Shown: positions 40,300 through 50,404, numbered from the stretch's first letter. The stretch: 64,000 bases of DNA from Pyrinomonadaceae bacterium (GCA_030841085.1 JAVEDP010000007.1:15129-79128); one strand, 5' to 3'. Numbers and translations are program-made. The notes: generated by a model not told the origin, from the sequence alone.

Positions 40300-41328
40300 A
40301 TGACGACAGAATTGGCGACAAACAGCATGCAAACAGCATTTGAACAGTTTCTTGAGCGCCAGAGCGAAGAAGCCTGGGCCGCAACCTTAACCACTTTGCT
40401 TCGCTCGATTCACGAAGTTGATAAGAACGCGACGCAGATTTGGTTCGCGTTCTATCCTCTTTCATTGTTCACGGCTTTGCAGCAGGCCGAGGACAAAGAT
40501 GAGCTGGCGAAACAACTGCTGATGCAGGGCCACTACGAACTCAAGGACCAGATCGATTCGTCACACACATTTCTTTACGGCCACCGTTATTGGCCGCAGG
40601 TAAAGAAAGCGGTAGAGGCTTTCGCGGAAACCTTCGCTGCCGACAGCGCCGCGCAGCTTTCGGATCAGATTTTGGAAGTGGCGGGCCAGACTGCGGCCAG
40701 TTTGAAGGTCGATGTGTCGCTGTTGGTTGGCATCACGGCTGTGGGGTTCATGACAATGCAACAGGCCGGACTTGCAAACTTCAAGAGCGCGCCGGGCGCA
40801 ATGCTGCTCGATAAAAAACACGCGAAGCGATCGGCTGATCAGATTCTCGGCGAGCGCGCGAAAGATGACAGTCAGGGACTGCTCGGTTTTCTGAAAACGG
40901 TCGATAAGAAATGGACCGTCACTTACGACGAAAACGATGCGGCAGCCAATTACAAGATGAACCACGATCAGGATATGGCCTGGGGCGCGTCCGACGATCG
41001 CACGCGCAATTGGCGCGAGATCGATCCTCGTCGTCCCGAAGGTCCGATTCCGGTTGAATGCCGTTCCGCATCCTGCGGCACGTGTTGGGTAGGCGTGTTG
41101 GGCGGTGCAGAAAAACTTTCTGACGTGGCCGTGCGCGAAGGAAAAAAGATCAAGGAGTTTGGTTACATCGATACGACCGAACCTAAGCCTTTGATTCGAC
41201 TTGCCTGTCAGGCGAAAACTTTCGGCGCCGTTTCCATTGTCATCCCACCGTGGAATGGCGTGTTTGGGAAGTACTTAAAATCGAGGAACGATACCGGCGA
41301 AACGGACACCTTTGGTGATGTCGGATGA
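40300..41328 (+). CDS. Protein with C-terminal 2Fe-2S ferredoxin-like domain
   Basis: IPVECRSASCGTC ... RLACQ; TATAAT at 40283-40288. Confidence 0.8.
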   Translation: MTTELATNSMQTAFEQFLERQSEEAWAATLTTLLRSIHEVDKNATQIWFAFYPLSLFTALQQAEDKDELAKQLLMQGHYELKDQIDSSHTFLYGHRYWPQVKKAVEAFAETFAADSAAQLSDQILEVAGQTAASLKVDVSLLVGITAVGFMTMQQAGLANFKSAPGAMLLDKKHAKRSADQILGERAKDDSQGLLGFLKTVDKKWTVTYDENDAAANYKMNHDQDMAWGASDDRTRNWREIDPRRPEGPIPVECRSASCGTCWVGVLGGAEKLSDVAVREGKKIKEFGYIDTTEPKPLIRLACQAKTFGAVSIVIPPWNGVFGKYLKSRNDTGETDTFGDVG

Positions 41329-41338
41329 GGAAATTGGG

Positions 41339-41551
41339 TTAAGCGACTACAGCGATCTTTTCTACCTCAGCATCAACTGTTTGAATGATGGACTGGATAG
41401 AATCTACTTCCTGTCCCTCAAAATACACTTCACCACATTGGCTACAAATCCAGGCAGCGATTCTATCGAGAACGAGATGATAGCCATTCCGATCCACATG
41501 AAATGGAGCCGCACCCCGCTTCATCTTGCCCTTACACTGGATACATTTCAT
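41339..41551 (-). CDS. YgiT-type zinc finger protein (putative antitoxin)
   Basis: MKCIQC ... AWICSQCGEVYF. Confidence 0.85.
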   Translation of the reverse strand: MKCIQCKGKMKRGAAPFHVDRNGYHLVLDRIAAWICSQCGEVYFEGQEVDSIQSIIQTVDAEVEKIAVVA

Positions 41552-42315
41552 CGCTTTATCCTCACTCTGAAATCATTTGACCACTCATCCTCATTTGGTA
41601 TATACGCGGTGATAATAGCCAGAAAATCCGGTTTAGGCGAGCAAACCAAGTGGATCGGGCGGCCGGTTGCCCCATAACCAAGCATCAGGCAACTCGGGCC
41701 TCGAGGATCGTCAGGATAGTTCTCGATTACTTCGCCACTCGCGATAACAGTTCGCACTTCTGATGTGGTTATCATCCGATCTGGTCGCGACATTTGCCTC
41801 ACTGCGTGTGAAAGAAAGAGAATCTGTTGTGCACCGGACGACCGGACGCTCTCCCGAACCACTTCAAACTCAAGCTGCTGATTGCCGCCCGTACTTTCGA
41901 GTGGTTGATATGCGCTACCGTCCATCACCCCGTGAGGATTAAAGTAAACCGAGCTCAGTTGTCTTGGGGGTGTGATTAGGATTACCGAGTCAATATTTAC
42001 ACCCTCCCCTTTGAGACTCTCTTCGAGCAGCTTTCGATCCTCAGTTTCGTTGCGACTGAGAGAAACGTGATAGCCCCATTCACTGCCGAGTTCTGCGTCG
42101 TAGTGCGTCTCAACCGTCAACACCCATCCGTCTGGGTAGGAAATTTCTGTGTCTTGTAAAATAGCAAATTTGCCGCGAGCATCTTTATCGATGCCCGTGA
42201 CCGTCGGGAGAAATCTCATCCCGTAAAAGGTGAAGACAAAAGTGTCACAATCGAAGAAGCCTTCAACTTCGGCGTCACTAATCTGGACTCTAAATGGTCG
42301 CGCCTTAATAGGCAT
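41548..42315 (-). CDS. DUF4258 domain protein with unknown N-terminal extension
   Basis: C-terminal HAVRQM, GEVIENYPDDPRGPSCL.LG, RPIHLVC, IITAY.P...W. Confidence 0.75.
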   Translation of the reverse strand: MPIKARPFRVQISDAEVEGFFDCDTFVFTFYGMRFLPTVTGIDKDARGKFAILQDTEISYPDGWVLTVETHYDAELGSEWGYHVSLSRNETEDRKLLEESLKGEGVNIDSVILITPPRQLSSVYFNPHGVMDGSAYQPLESTGGNQQLEFEVVRESVRSSGAQQILFLSHAVRQMSRPDRMITTSEVRTVIASGEVIENYPDDPRGPSCLMLGYGATGRPIHLVCSPKPDFLAIITAYIPNEDEWSNDFRVRIKR

Positions 42316-42414
42316 AATGCGTTACTGAATTCGCTTAAACAAGATTCGAATACATACGTAGAAAAAAGTTCGCATAAATCTATTCTAAGATCTTGAGTAC
42401 GGTAACATATCGCA

Positions 42415-43302
42415 ATGTTCCGATTGAATCATCGCGACTACAGGTCGCAATTTTCCCCGCTGCTGCTTGTTCTTGCCGCCGCAATTCTCTGGAGCACCGG
42501 CGGGCTCTTCATTAAATGGGTCACGCTGTCCGGGCTCGAGCTTTCGTTCGGGCGTTCGTTATTCGCGGCAATCACTGTTGCCATCTTCACGCGTCGCGAA
42601 GGCTTTGGCTTAAATCTGGTCACCGCGCTGGCGTCCGTACTTTACGCGGCGCTGTTGCTGCTGTTCGTGTTGGCAACGAAAGAAACCACGGCGGCCAACG
42701 CGATTTTTTTGCAATACACGGCGCCGGTCTATCTGCTTATCTTTGAACCGCTGTTCTACAAGGAAAAGTTTCGCTCGCGAGATTTGGTTGTTGTGATTTT
42801 TTGCGTGCTGGGCATGTCGCTCTTTTTTGTCGGCAAGCTACGTCCTCAGGATGTTACGGGAAATCTGCTGGCGCTTGGTTCCGGCTTCTGCTTCGCCTGT
42901 TATTTTCTGTTGTTGCGGCACACTCAGGCGCGTGAGGTTAACCGGGCATCGTCCGTAATCTACGGCAATCTCTTACTGGTAATAATTGCAGCGCCGGCGG
43001 CACTGAAAGTGCTGCCGGACATTTCCAGATTCGATGCAGCCGGGATTGTCTATCTTGGCGTCGTGCAAATAGGCGTTGCCTATACGCTGTTCACGTTGGC
43101 GATGGCGCGCGGCGTTCGTTCACTCGACGCGGGCATCGTTGGTTACGTCGAGCCGGTGCTGAATCCAATTTGGGTTTTTCTGGCAATTCGTGAGCGGCCA
43201 ACTTCGTGGGCCATTTTCGGCGGGGCCATTATTGTCGCGGCAGTCATCGGTCACATGTTGTTGGAGGCGCGTAGTGGCAAGCGAACAGTTGATCTGGCGT
43301 GA
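42415..43302 (+). CDS. DMT/EamA family transporter
   Basis: About 10 TM; LWSTGG, ANAIFLQYTAP, EPVLNPIWV. Confidence 0.9.
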   Translation: MFRLNHRDYRSQFSPLLLVLAAAILWSTGGLFIKWVTLSGLELSFGRSLFAAITVAIFTRREGFGLNLVTALASVLYAALLLLFVLATKETTAANAIFLQYTAPVYLLIFEPLFYKEKFRSRDLVVVIFCVLGMSLFFVGKLRPQDVTGNLLALGSGFCFACYFLLLRHTQAREVNRASSVIYGNLLLVIIAAPAALKVLPDISRFDAAGIVYLGVVQIGVAYTLFTLAMARGVRSLDAGIVGYVEPVLNPIWVFLAIRERPTSWAIFGGAIIVAAVIGHMLLEARSGKRTVDLA

Positions 43303-43310
43303 AATTGTTT

Positions 43311-43443
43311 TATCCGCAGATTACGCAGATTTCACAGATTAGAATTAAACAGATCATTCAAATTGATAGCGTGGGTTGTAAGAGGCAATCAGGTGAAGCA
43401 ATGGTTCATTTTGCTTCTGCGTAATCTGTGTAATCTGCGGATA
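43311..43443. repeat. Inverted element of 9-nt units (second CCGCAGATT-type copy)
   Basis: Left arm identical to 1030-1059; different spacer; between convergent genes. Confidence 0.9.
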
Positions 43444-43449
43444 CTGTCT

Positions 43450-44424
43450 TCACCCGCCATCCGCGCGCTGCTTGGCTGCAGCCGCCACCGCCGCCAGTCG
43501 TTGTACTTTCTGTTCGAAAGTTTCGCCGGCAACTGGACCTGTATCAGTTACGCCGCAGTAGGTAGAGCGCAGCATGAGAGTGCGATCGGCTTGTCCGGTG
43601 GGTTTATGCTCAGTTGTTGCAGGCGTCGCGGAAACAGGTGGAGCGGAAGCGACAACTTCAGGTGTCGCGACTGATGGAACTTCTGCAGACGCACTCTGAT
43701 CCGGCGCCGCTTCCACGGGAGCCCCAGCCGGAGCGACTGGACCACCGCCTTCTTCCGCGCGCCGTTTCGCCGCGTCCGACACGGCCTTTAGCCGCGCAAC
43801 TTTCTGTTCAAAAGTTTCGCCAGCAACCGGCCCGGTATCTACCACTCCTGAATAAGTTGTTCGAAGGAATAATTGCCGGTTTGGTTCCGCGCCGGCTTTG
43901 GCTGCTGGCTTTGCCGCCGCCGGAGTCGCCGCTCTTGCTGCGGCAGGTGCAGCCGTTTTGGCCGCAGCCGGTGCTGCGGTTGTCGCCGCTGGCATTGCAG
44001 GTTTCGCGGCGGGTGCGTACGCAGCGGTTGTTTCCATTATGAAAACGCCGCGTGCATCTTTCTTAATCACCGGCAAAGTGCCGCCGGCAGCTTGCAGTAA
44101 TGCGGATAATTCTGCCTCTACAAAACGATGCTGCTTTTGCGGATCGCGCACATGGCCCAACGGTGGTCCCATGTAGTACGTGCCGCACGTCTGGCATTTG
44201 AACAACACGTCATCACCGCGCAGATGGACTTCGGCAGGCTCACCTGCCGTCTTCAACTGTTTGAGGTGACCCCAGCAGGGTTTCCCTTTCTCATTTTTCT
44301 CGTTGCAGACGGTTTGCGCGTTGGTGATTCTTTTCGGAACCGGCGCCGTGGTGGCCGTCGACACCTGTTTGTCAGAACTTGCTTCGGAGGCAGTTGCGGT
44401 CATAAGCGTATCTTGATGCGCCAA
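43450..44424 (-). CDS. Hypothetical protein: Cys-rich N-terminal domain, Ala/Pro linkers, duplicated ~44-aa module
   Basis: CNEK..PCWGH..CQTC; two copies of R.TY.GV.DTGPVAGETFEQKV.RL.AV. Confidence 0.75.
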   Translation of the reverse strand: MAHQDTLMTATASEASSDKQVSTATTAPVPKRITNAQTVCNEKNEKGKPCWGHLKQLKTAGEPAEVHLRGDDVLFKCQTCGTYYMGPPLGHVRDPQKQHRFVEAELSALLQAAGGTLPVIKKDARGVFIMETTAAYAPAAKPAMPAATTAAPAAAKTAAPAAARAATPAAAKPAAKAGAEPNRQLFLRTTYSGVVDTGPVAGETFEQKVARLKAVSDAAKRRAEEGGGPVAPAGAPVEAAPDQSASAEVPSVATPEVVASAPPVSATPATTEHKPTGQADRTLMLRSTYCGVTDTGPVAGETFEQKVQRLAAVAAAAKQRADGG

Positions 44425-44531
44425 TAGTTGAAAGTGTTTACAAAACGAATCTTACCCAGTTGAGCAAATCGACGTCAATGAAGATAGCGAGGTTGCTCGT
44501 TACAAATTTCGCCGTGGTATCCTGAACAGAA

Positions 44532-45005
44532 ATGTTTAAAGACCTGGCCGGCGCAATTTGGCGGCGAACGCCTGCAATACTAAAAAGATGGGGAATGCGT
44601 TTTACGCAGACGCGTTTCACTGTGACCGCCGGGGCTATTATTACGAACAGCGAAGGACGCGTGTTGCTGCTGCACCATCGTTTTCGTCCCGGGTCGGGTT
44701 GGGGAATACCGGGCGGCTTCATCAAACGAGGCGAACAACCCGACCAGGCGTTGCGTCGCGAGTTGCGCGAAGAAGTCGGTTTAGAAATCGAGGACCTGAC
44801 TTTGTTCAAAACTCGCGCGTTCAGAAAAGCGCGCCAGGTCGAGATCATTTTCCGCTGCCGCGCGCGAGGCGAAACCGAACAACTAAGTTTCGAGATCAAA
44901 CGGCTGGCCTGGTTTGACCCGCAGGAGTTGCCGAAAGCGTTGCCGCCGGACCAAGCCGAGTTAATCAAGTTAGCGGTCGCCGATGGAGCAGAAACGCATG
45001 ATTGA
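44532..45005 (+). CDS. NUDIX hydrolase
   Basis: PGGFIKRGE...ALRRELREEVG. Confidence 0.92.
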   Translation: MFKDLAGAIWRRTPAILKRWGMRFTQTRFTVTAGAIITNSEGRVLLLHHRFRPGSGWGIPGGFIKRGEQPDQALRRELREEVGLEIEDLTLFKTRAFRKARQVEIIFRCRARGETEQLSFEIKRLAWFDPQELPKALPPDQAELIKLAVADGAETHD

Positions 45006-45027
45006 TGTATGCTGTGCAACGAATAAA

Positions 45028-45140
45028 AGTACTGAGTACTGAGTACTGAGTGCTGAGTACTGAGTACTGAGTAAGTGAGGCGCACCGATTCAAGTTGCAT
45101 TAACTCACACTCAGTACTCAGTACTCAGTACTCAGCACTC
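45028..45140. repeat. Inverted heptamer array pair (AGTACTG / CTCAGTA)
   Basis: Read directly. Confidence 0.93.
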
Positions 45141-45163
45141 CACACTTTGGGCCGGAGAATAAA

Positions 45164-45772
45164 ATGGTTGATCTGATTCCGTCGTCTGACACCGTAATGC
45201 AGATGCTGAAGCGCACCGGCGCTTTTCGCGAAGGCCACTTCGTTTATCCCAACGGCAAGCACTCGCCGCATTATTTTCAGATGCCGCTCGCGTTTCGTTA
45301 CTACGATACTGCGCGTGTGTTGGCCGTTGCGCTGAGCAGAAAATTTCGCATCGATCGCGATGTCTCCAGCCAGTTGCCAAAGGTGTCGATCATCAGCCCC
45401 AGCTCCGGTGGGATTCCGGTAGCCTTTGGCGTGCGCGATGCATTGAGTGCGGAGCAGATTTACTGGGCCGAGCAGGAAGGCGGCAAGCGTATGTTCCGGC
45501 AGTACATCAATAAGGGCGAAGTGAACCCGTGCATCATCGTTGACGATATTATTCGCAGCGGCGCGGCGATCGAAGAGACGGTGAAGTTGGTGGAATCACT
45601 GGGCTCAAACATTATTGGCTGCGGCGCAATCGTGCGGTTTGACTCAGCGCCGGATACCGTACAAGGCGTGCCCATTAAGTCGTTGGTCACGTTTAATGCG
45701 CACATGTACGACAGCGGCGATGCCTGCTCCGATTGCGTGAAGGGCGCACCGGTTGAGAATGTTCGGTTCTAA
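45164..45772 (+). CDS. Orotate phosphoribosyltransferase-like PRTase
   Basis: GAFREGHF....KHS..Y, IIVDDIIRSG. Confidence 0.8.
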   Translation: MVDLIPSSDTVMQMLKRTGAFREGHFVYPNGKHSPHYFQMPLAFRYYDTARVLAVALSRKFRIDRDVSSQLPKVSIISPSSGGIPVAFGVRDALSAEQIYWAEQEGGKRMFRQYINKGEVNPCIIVDDIIRSGAAIEETVKLVESLGSNIIGCGAIVRFDSAPDTVQGVPIKSLVTFNAHMYDSGDACSDCVKGAPVENVRF

Positions 45773-45803
45773 ATCTTGAGGGCGCTAAGTTGAAAGCAAA
45801 GAA

Positions 45804-45958
45804 ATTTACCATTTGCCATTTACCATTTGTCATTGCCGAAAACTGCAACGCACTTAGCAAACGAGGTTTACCTTCATACTAAGCTCGTACCTAAGAGCCG
45901 TTCGCGTTGTCCTTGGTTGAAATGACAAATGAGAAATGGTAAATGGCAAATGGTAAAT
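45804..45958. repeat. Inverted heptamer array pair (ATTTRCC / GGYAAAT)
   Basis: Between convergent genes. Confidence 0.92.
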
Positions 45959-45983
45959 CTCTTTTCTTCTCAACCGTCCAGTT

Positions 45984-46598
45984 CTAGATCTCACGTCTGT
46001 TAGACAGCGCCTTATCCATCGTTACTTCGTCAACGTATTCCAAATCGCTGCCCACCGGCATGCCCATCGCAATGCGCGTGACGAGCAGGCCCAGAGGTTT
46101 TAATAAGCGGCCGATGTAGTTTGCGGTTGCTTCGCCTTCGGTGGTTGGGTTCGTTGCCAGAATGACTTCGCTGACTTCCACGCCGTCATTGTTTTCCGGT
46201 TTCAGACGCGGCAACAGGTTGGCGAGATGGAGTTCGTTTGGACCAATGTGACGCATAGGCGAGAGGCTGCCGTGAAGTACGTGATAGACACCTTTGAAGC
46301 TGCGGGTTTTTTCGACCGCGACCATGCTGTGCGGTTCTTCGACGACGCAAATGACGGAATGATCGCGCGAGGTAGAGGCGCAGATGCGGCAGGGATCGAT
46401 TTCGGTGAGGTTATTGCAGACCGAGCAAAGGACGATGCGTTGCTTTACATCGCGCACCGCCGTCAGCAAACGATCGAGCTCGTTTTCCGGCGTGCGCATG
46501 ATGTGAAAAGCGAGCCGCTGCGCGGACTTGTGGCCGATGCCGGGCAAGCGTTTTAGCTCATCGATTAGTTTAGTGACGGGTTCGGCGTATTCTAACAT
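45984..46598 (-). CDS. recR: Recombination mediator RecR
   Basis: LPGIG.KSAQRLA, C4 zinc finger, YHVLHG, EVILATNPT.EGEATA. Confidence 0.98.
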   Translation of the reverse strand: MLEYAEPVTKLIDELKRLPGIGHKSAQRLAFHIMRTPENELDRLLTAVRDVKQRIVLCSVCNNLTEIDPCRICASTSRDHSVICVVEEPHSMVAVEKTRSFKGVYHVLHGSLSPMRHIGPNELHLANLLPRLKPENNDGVEVSEVILATNPTTEGEATANYIGRLLKPLGLLVTRIAMGMPVGSDLEYVDEVTMDKALSNRREI

Positions 46599-46692
46599 TT
46601 GGTTTTGGTCTTAGGTCTTTGGGCTTTGGTCTTTGAGAAAAAACCGCGAGTCCCACCAAAGGCCCAAGACCAAAGACCAAAGTCCAAAGACC
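46599..46692. repeat. Inverted heptamer array pair (TGGTCTT / AAGACCA) abutting the recR start
   Basis: Read directly. Confidence 0.92.
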
Positions 46693-46717
46693 GAAATGGC
46701 AAGCAGTCAGAATTCGC

Positions 46718-47035
46718 TTAACCTAATAATCCACCTAATCCGGGCGGCAACATCCCGCCCAGCTTCCCCTTCATGGCTTCGTCAACTTTGCGATTGGCCT
46801 CGTTGATGGCCGCGAGGATCATGTCCTGGAGCATTTCCACGTCGCCTTCCTTGACCGCTTCCGGATCGATCTTAAGGGAAACGATTTCATGATTACCTTT
46901 CATCTGCACGGTGACAACGCCGCCACCCGCTGAAGCTTCTGCGCGCATCTCTTCCATTTCCTTCGACATCTTTTCCTGCATCACCTGCGCCTGCTTCATC
47001 ATCTGCTGAATGTTTAAGCCACCGGGAAATTTCAT
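46718..47035 (-). CDS. ybaB: YbaB/EbfC nucleoid-associated protein
   Basis: [28 protein letters not shown]; upstream of recR. Confidence 0.95.
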   Translation of the reverse strand: MKFPGGLNIQQMMKQAQVMQEKMSKEMEEMRAEASAGGGVVTVQMKGNHEIVSLKIDPEAVKEGDVEMLQDMILAAINEANRKVDEAMKGKLGGMLPPGLGGLLG

Positions 47036-47165
47036 TGCTCGCCCCTCTCTAAAGTAATCGATTGGTTAATTGCTGCTTTGTGGCATCGTAGCTTTCATTA
47101 GATGCGAATGCAACGAGGCCCGGACTAACGCTCCTCATTCTGTATCTGCTATAAGCTTGCGACAA

Positions 47166-47855
47166 ATGGCCGGCCCAGAAACTTCCCAAAGCGTAGAAAA
47201 AACTATCAATGCCGACATCAAACTGTATTACGATCTGCATGCTGCTGCACAAGCTTCCGCGCCTTTGCTGATTGCGCTGCACGGTTATGGCGCAAACAAG
47301 AAACAAATGATGCGCGAGGCGCTGCAAATGGCGCCGGAGGGATTTGCCGTTGTCTCGCTACAGGGATTTCATCAACATTTAAAGGAGCCGAAAGAGCCCG
47401 GTGGTCCATTGCGCTTCGGCTTTGGCTGGCTTTCTAATTTTCATCCGGAAGACTCGGTGCGCGTTCACCACCAGGCACTTTTAGATCTCATGCAAATATT
47501 GAGTGACGATAAGACCATTGATCCAAAGCGAGTGTTTCTGCTCGGCTTTTCCCAAACCTGCGCGTTGAATTATCGTTTCGCATTCACACATCCTGAAGTT
47601 CTGCGCGGCGTTATTGGAATTTGTGGCGGCTTGCCCGGAGACTGGGAGAGCAGCGAGAGCTATAAACCAACAGGCGCCGCGGTGTTTCACCTGGCCGGAG
47701 AGAAGGATGAGTTTTATCCTCCGCAGCGCGTGAGCGATTACGAAGCGCGCTTGAAACTGCGGTCACAGAATGTCGAGTTCAAGAGTTACGACGCGGCGCA
47801 CGAGATTGTGCCGGCAATGCGCGAAGATGTCAGAACGTGGTTACGGAAAGGATAG
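47166..47855 (+). CDS. Phospholipase/carboxylesterase family hydrolase
   Basis: LHGYG, GFSQ, G..DEFY, H; start moved to ATG 47166. Confidence 0.85.
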   Translation: MAGPETSQSVEKTINADIKLYYDLHAAAQASAPLLIALHGYGANKKQMMREALQMAPEGFAVVSLQGFHQHLKEPKEPGGPLRFGFGWLSNFHPEDSVRVHHQALLDLMQILSDDKTIDPKRVFLLGFSQTCALNYRFAFTHPEVLRGVIGICGGLPGDWESSESYKPTGAAVFHLAGEKDEFYPPQRVSDYEARLKLRSQNVEFKSYDAAHEIVPAMREDVRTWLRKG

Positions 47856-48314
47856 ATGAAAAGAATGCGATACAGAATATTAATAGCGACGAGTTTATTA
47901 CTGTTACTTGGCGTGACTTCAGCCTCTGCTCAAACAAGAGCAGCAAGAGACGCCAAGGCCATTCAGGCTGTCCTCGACGCGCAAGTCGCAGCTTGGAACC
48001 GCGGCGACATTGAAGGCTTTATGGATGGTTACGAACATTCCGAAAAAACGGTTTTCGTCGGTGGCGATAACGTGACTCGCGGCTGGCAGACTGTGTTGGA
48101 CCGTTACAAGAGAAATTACGACACGCGTGAGAAGATGGGCACCTTGAAATTTTCCGATCTGGAAATCACGCCCTTGGGAAACGACGGCGCGCTGGTTCTA
48201 ATGCGCTGGCATTTGCAGCGCGCCAAGGACGAGCCACACGGAAGATCGACGCTGATTATGCGACGCACAAAACAAGGTTGGAAAATCGTGCACGATCATT
48301 CGTCTGCAGCCTAA
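47856..48314 (+). CDS. Secreted NTF2-like/DUF4440 protein
   Basis: Signal peptide; AWNRGDIEGFM, WKIVHDHSS. Confidence 0.88.
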   Translation: MKRMRYRILIATSLLLLLGVTSASAQTRAARDAKAIQAVLDAQVAAWNRGDIEGFMDGYEHSEKTVFVGGDNVTRGWQTVLDRYKRNYDTREKMGTLKFSDLEITPLGNDGALVLMRWHLQRAKDEPHGRSTLIMRRTKQGWKIVHDHSSAA

Positions 48315-48363
48315 GTCTAGTTTGCTCAAGTTCAAAACTTCATAGATGGAAAGAATGCAGGCA

Positions 48364-48481
48364 ATGCAGAAACCGCGAGCGGTAGCGACCGGATGCTGAA
48401 CTAAACGTCTTAATGAAGAGCGTTATGGAGCCGGTCGCAAGTGTTTGTAGCATCCGGTCGCTATCGCTCGCGGTTCTGCAT
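48364..48481. repeat. REP doublet (GAGCGGTAGCGACC family)
   Basis: Inverted arms similar to 4101-4234. Confidence 0.85.
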
Positions 48482-48560
48482 TTAAGCTGGCGCGTATCCC
48501 CGCATTGTGATAATCAATGGCCCGCGAAACATTTCAACCCCGACCCCCCTGAAGGAGGAT

Positions 48561-48979
48561 ATGAATATGAATTTCGGACGCGTTTTTCTCGGCGGCCTGC
48601 TTGCCGGTCTGATTCTGAACATCGGTGAATTCTTGCTGAACGAAAAAGTTTGAAAAGCCAGATGGAAGCCTTTTTAACTGCGCACAATTTCAAGAACCCG
48701 GGCAGCAATTTCATTATCATCGCTGTCGTGATGACCTTCCTACTCGGTATCGTGGCTGTCTGGCTCTATGCGCTGATCAGACCGCGACTCGGCCCGGGGC
48801 CGAAGGCGGCCATCGTTGCTGCGCTGATACTCTGGTTTGGAATTTACCTCTACAGTGGCATCATCAATGGTGTTCTGTTCGCAATTCCCACCAATGCGTT
48901 GCTGATTGGAATTGTCTGGGGCCTGGTCGAATACATTATCGCGACGATTGCCGGCGCCTGGGCTTACAAAGAAGCGTAA
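48561..48979 (+). pseudogene. Frameshifted small membrane protein (or sequencing error)
   Basis: AAGGAGG SD, MNMNFGRVFLGGLLAGLILNIGEFLLNEKV then TGA at 48651; continues in the -1 frame (LKSQMEAF...) if one T is added. Confidence 0.75.
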
Positions 48980-48993
48980 CGAGCTAACCAGCA

Positions 48994-50250
48994 TTGTCTC
49001 AAACACTCGCTGTTATTAACTGTTCACAACTTGTAACTCTTTCCGGGCCTGCTCGTCCGCGAGTCGGCCCGGAGCTGTGTCAACTTTCGATCGTCGCAGA
49101 CGGTGGCATGCTCATACGCGACGGTCGGATCGCGACGGTTGGCACGCGTTCTGAAGTCGAGAAGCTGATTGATAACGACTGCGAGGTTGTTGATGCAGGC
49201 GGTCGCATAGTTTTGCCAGGCTTTGTCGATGCGCACGCGCATCCTGTGTTCGCCGGGACGCGTGCAAATGAATTCGAAGAACGATCTCAAGGTGCTAGCT
49301 ATCAGGAGATAGCAGCGCGCGGCGGCGGCATCCAGTCAACCGTAAACGCGACGCGCGCTGCGACGCTCGACGGTTTAGTCGCTTCGGGAAAGCGTTACGC
49401 GGAATGGTTCATCCGCAGCGGCACCACTACCGTCGAAGCAAAATCCGGATATGGCTTGACGGTTGAAGATGAATTAAAGACTCTGCGCGCGATTAAGCGG
49501 CTTGACGAGGAAACGCCGCTTCGTTATGTGCCGACGTTTCTCGGCGCGCATTCGATTCCCGCCGAATACAAATCGCGTCGCGAAGAATATGTTTCGCTGA
49601 TCATTGACGAGATGTTGCCGCGTATTGCGCAGGAGGAACTGGCCGAATACTGCGATGTCTTTTGCGAAGCAAACGTTTTCACGACCGACGAATCGCGCCG
49701 GATTCTTTCCGCCGCACGCGCTCAGGGGCTGGGACTGAGAATCCACGCCGATCAGTTATCGTTGTCAGGCGGAGCGCAATTGGCGGCCGAACTGGGTGCC
49801 ACCACGGCCGATCATCTTGAATACACGGATACGGCAGGAATCGCGGCGCTGAAGTCAGCAGGTGTGCAGCCAGTGCTTTTGCCCGGTTCGGTTTATGCGC
49901 TTGGCTCGAGCCATTATCCGGCAGCACGCGAGATGATTGCTGCCGGTCTTGCCGTGGTGCTCGCTACAGATTTCAATCCCGGCTCATCGCCGACGCCGTC
50001 GATGCCGATGATTCTTTCGCTTGCTTCGACGCAGATGAAGATGACGCCGGCGGAATCGATCACTGCGGCGACTATTAACGCGGCCTACAGTTTGAATCGC
50101 GGCGACAAAATCGGCTCACTCGAAGCAGGGAAGGTTGCGGACTTTGTGATTTACGACTGCTACGATTATCGCGACCTCGCTTATTTTTTTGGGATCGAAC
50201 ATCCGTGGCGGGTTTATACAGGCGCGCGCCAGGTATTCCGGCGGTTGTAA
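48994..50250 (+). CDS. hutI: Imidazolonepropionase
   Basis: [44 protein letters not shown]. Confidence 0.96.
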   Translation: MSQTLAVINCSQLVTLSGPARPRVGPELCQLSIVADGGMLIRDGRIATVGTRSEVEKLIDNDCEVVDAGGRIVLPGFVDAHAHPVFAGTRANEFEERSQGASYQEIAARGGGIQSTVNATRAATLDGLVASGKRYAEWFIRSGTTTVEAKSGYGLTVEDELKTLRAIKRLDEETPLRYVPTFLGAHSIPAEYKSRREEYVSLIIDEMLPRIAQEELAEYCDVFCEANVFTTDESRRILSAARAQGLGLRIHADQLSLSGGAQLAAELGATTADHLEYTDTAGIAALKSAGVQPVLLPGSVYALGSSHYPAAREMIAAGLAVVLATDFNPGSSPTPSMPMILSLASTQMKMTPAESITAATINAAYSLNRGDKIGSLEAGKVADFVIYDCYDYRDLAYFFGIEHPWRVYTGARQVFRRL

Positions 50251-50344
50251 AGCAAACTGTTAGTTTGCGGACGAGGCATTGAAACTTCGTGCCGTAAGCC
50301 AACGGATTGCTCGCCAACGGCCGCAAACTAACAGTTTGCTTTAC
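50247..50344. repeat. 98-bp MITE/REP doublet; supplies the hutI stop
   Basis: 24-nt perfect terminal inverted repeats. Confidence 0.93.
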
Positions 50345-50369
50345 GATTTGGACGAAGCATAAAAATCAT

Positions 50370-50398
50370 TTGACGCATCAACTGTTGTATTTTATTAT
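50370..50398 (+). promoter_or_regulatory. Near-consensus sigma70-type promoter
   Basis: TTGACG-17 nt-TATTAT. Confidence 0.75.
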
Positions 50399-50404
50399 GC
50401 CCTC

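Noticed and set aside
45028..45140. CRISPR array at the heptamer or REP repeats
   Set aside because: Units are 7 nt and contiguous, with no constant repeats separated by unique equal-length spacers and no cas genes.
48640..48655. Programmed -1 frameshift
   Set aside because: The zero-frame codons GAA AAA GTT do not form a canonical X XXY YYZ slippery site.
48994..50250. Orphan hutI
   Set aside because: The other hut genes may simply lie outside this window.
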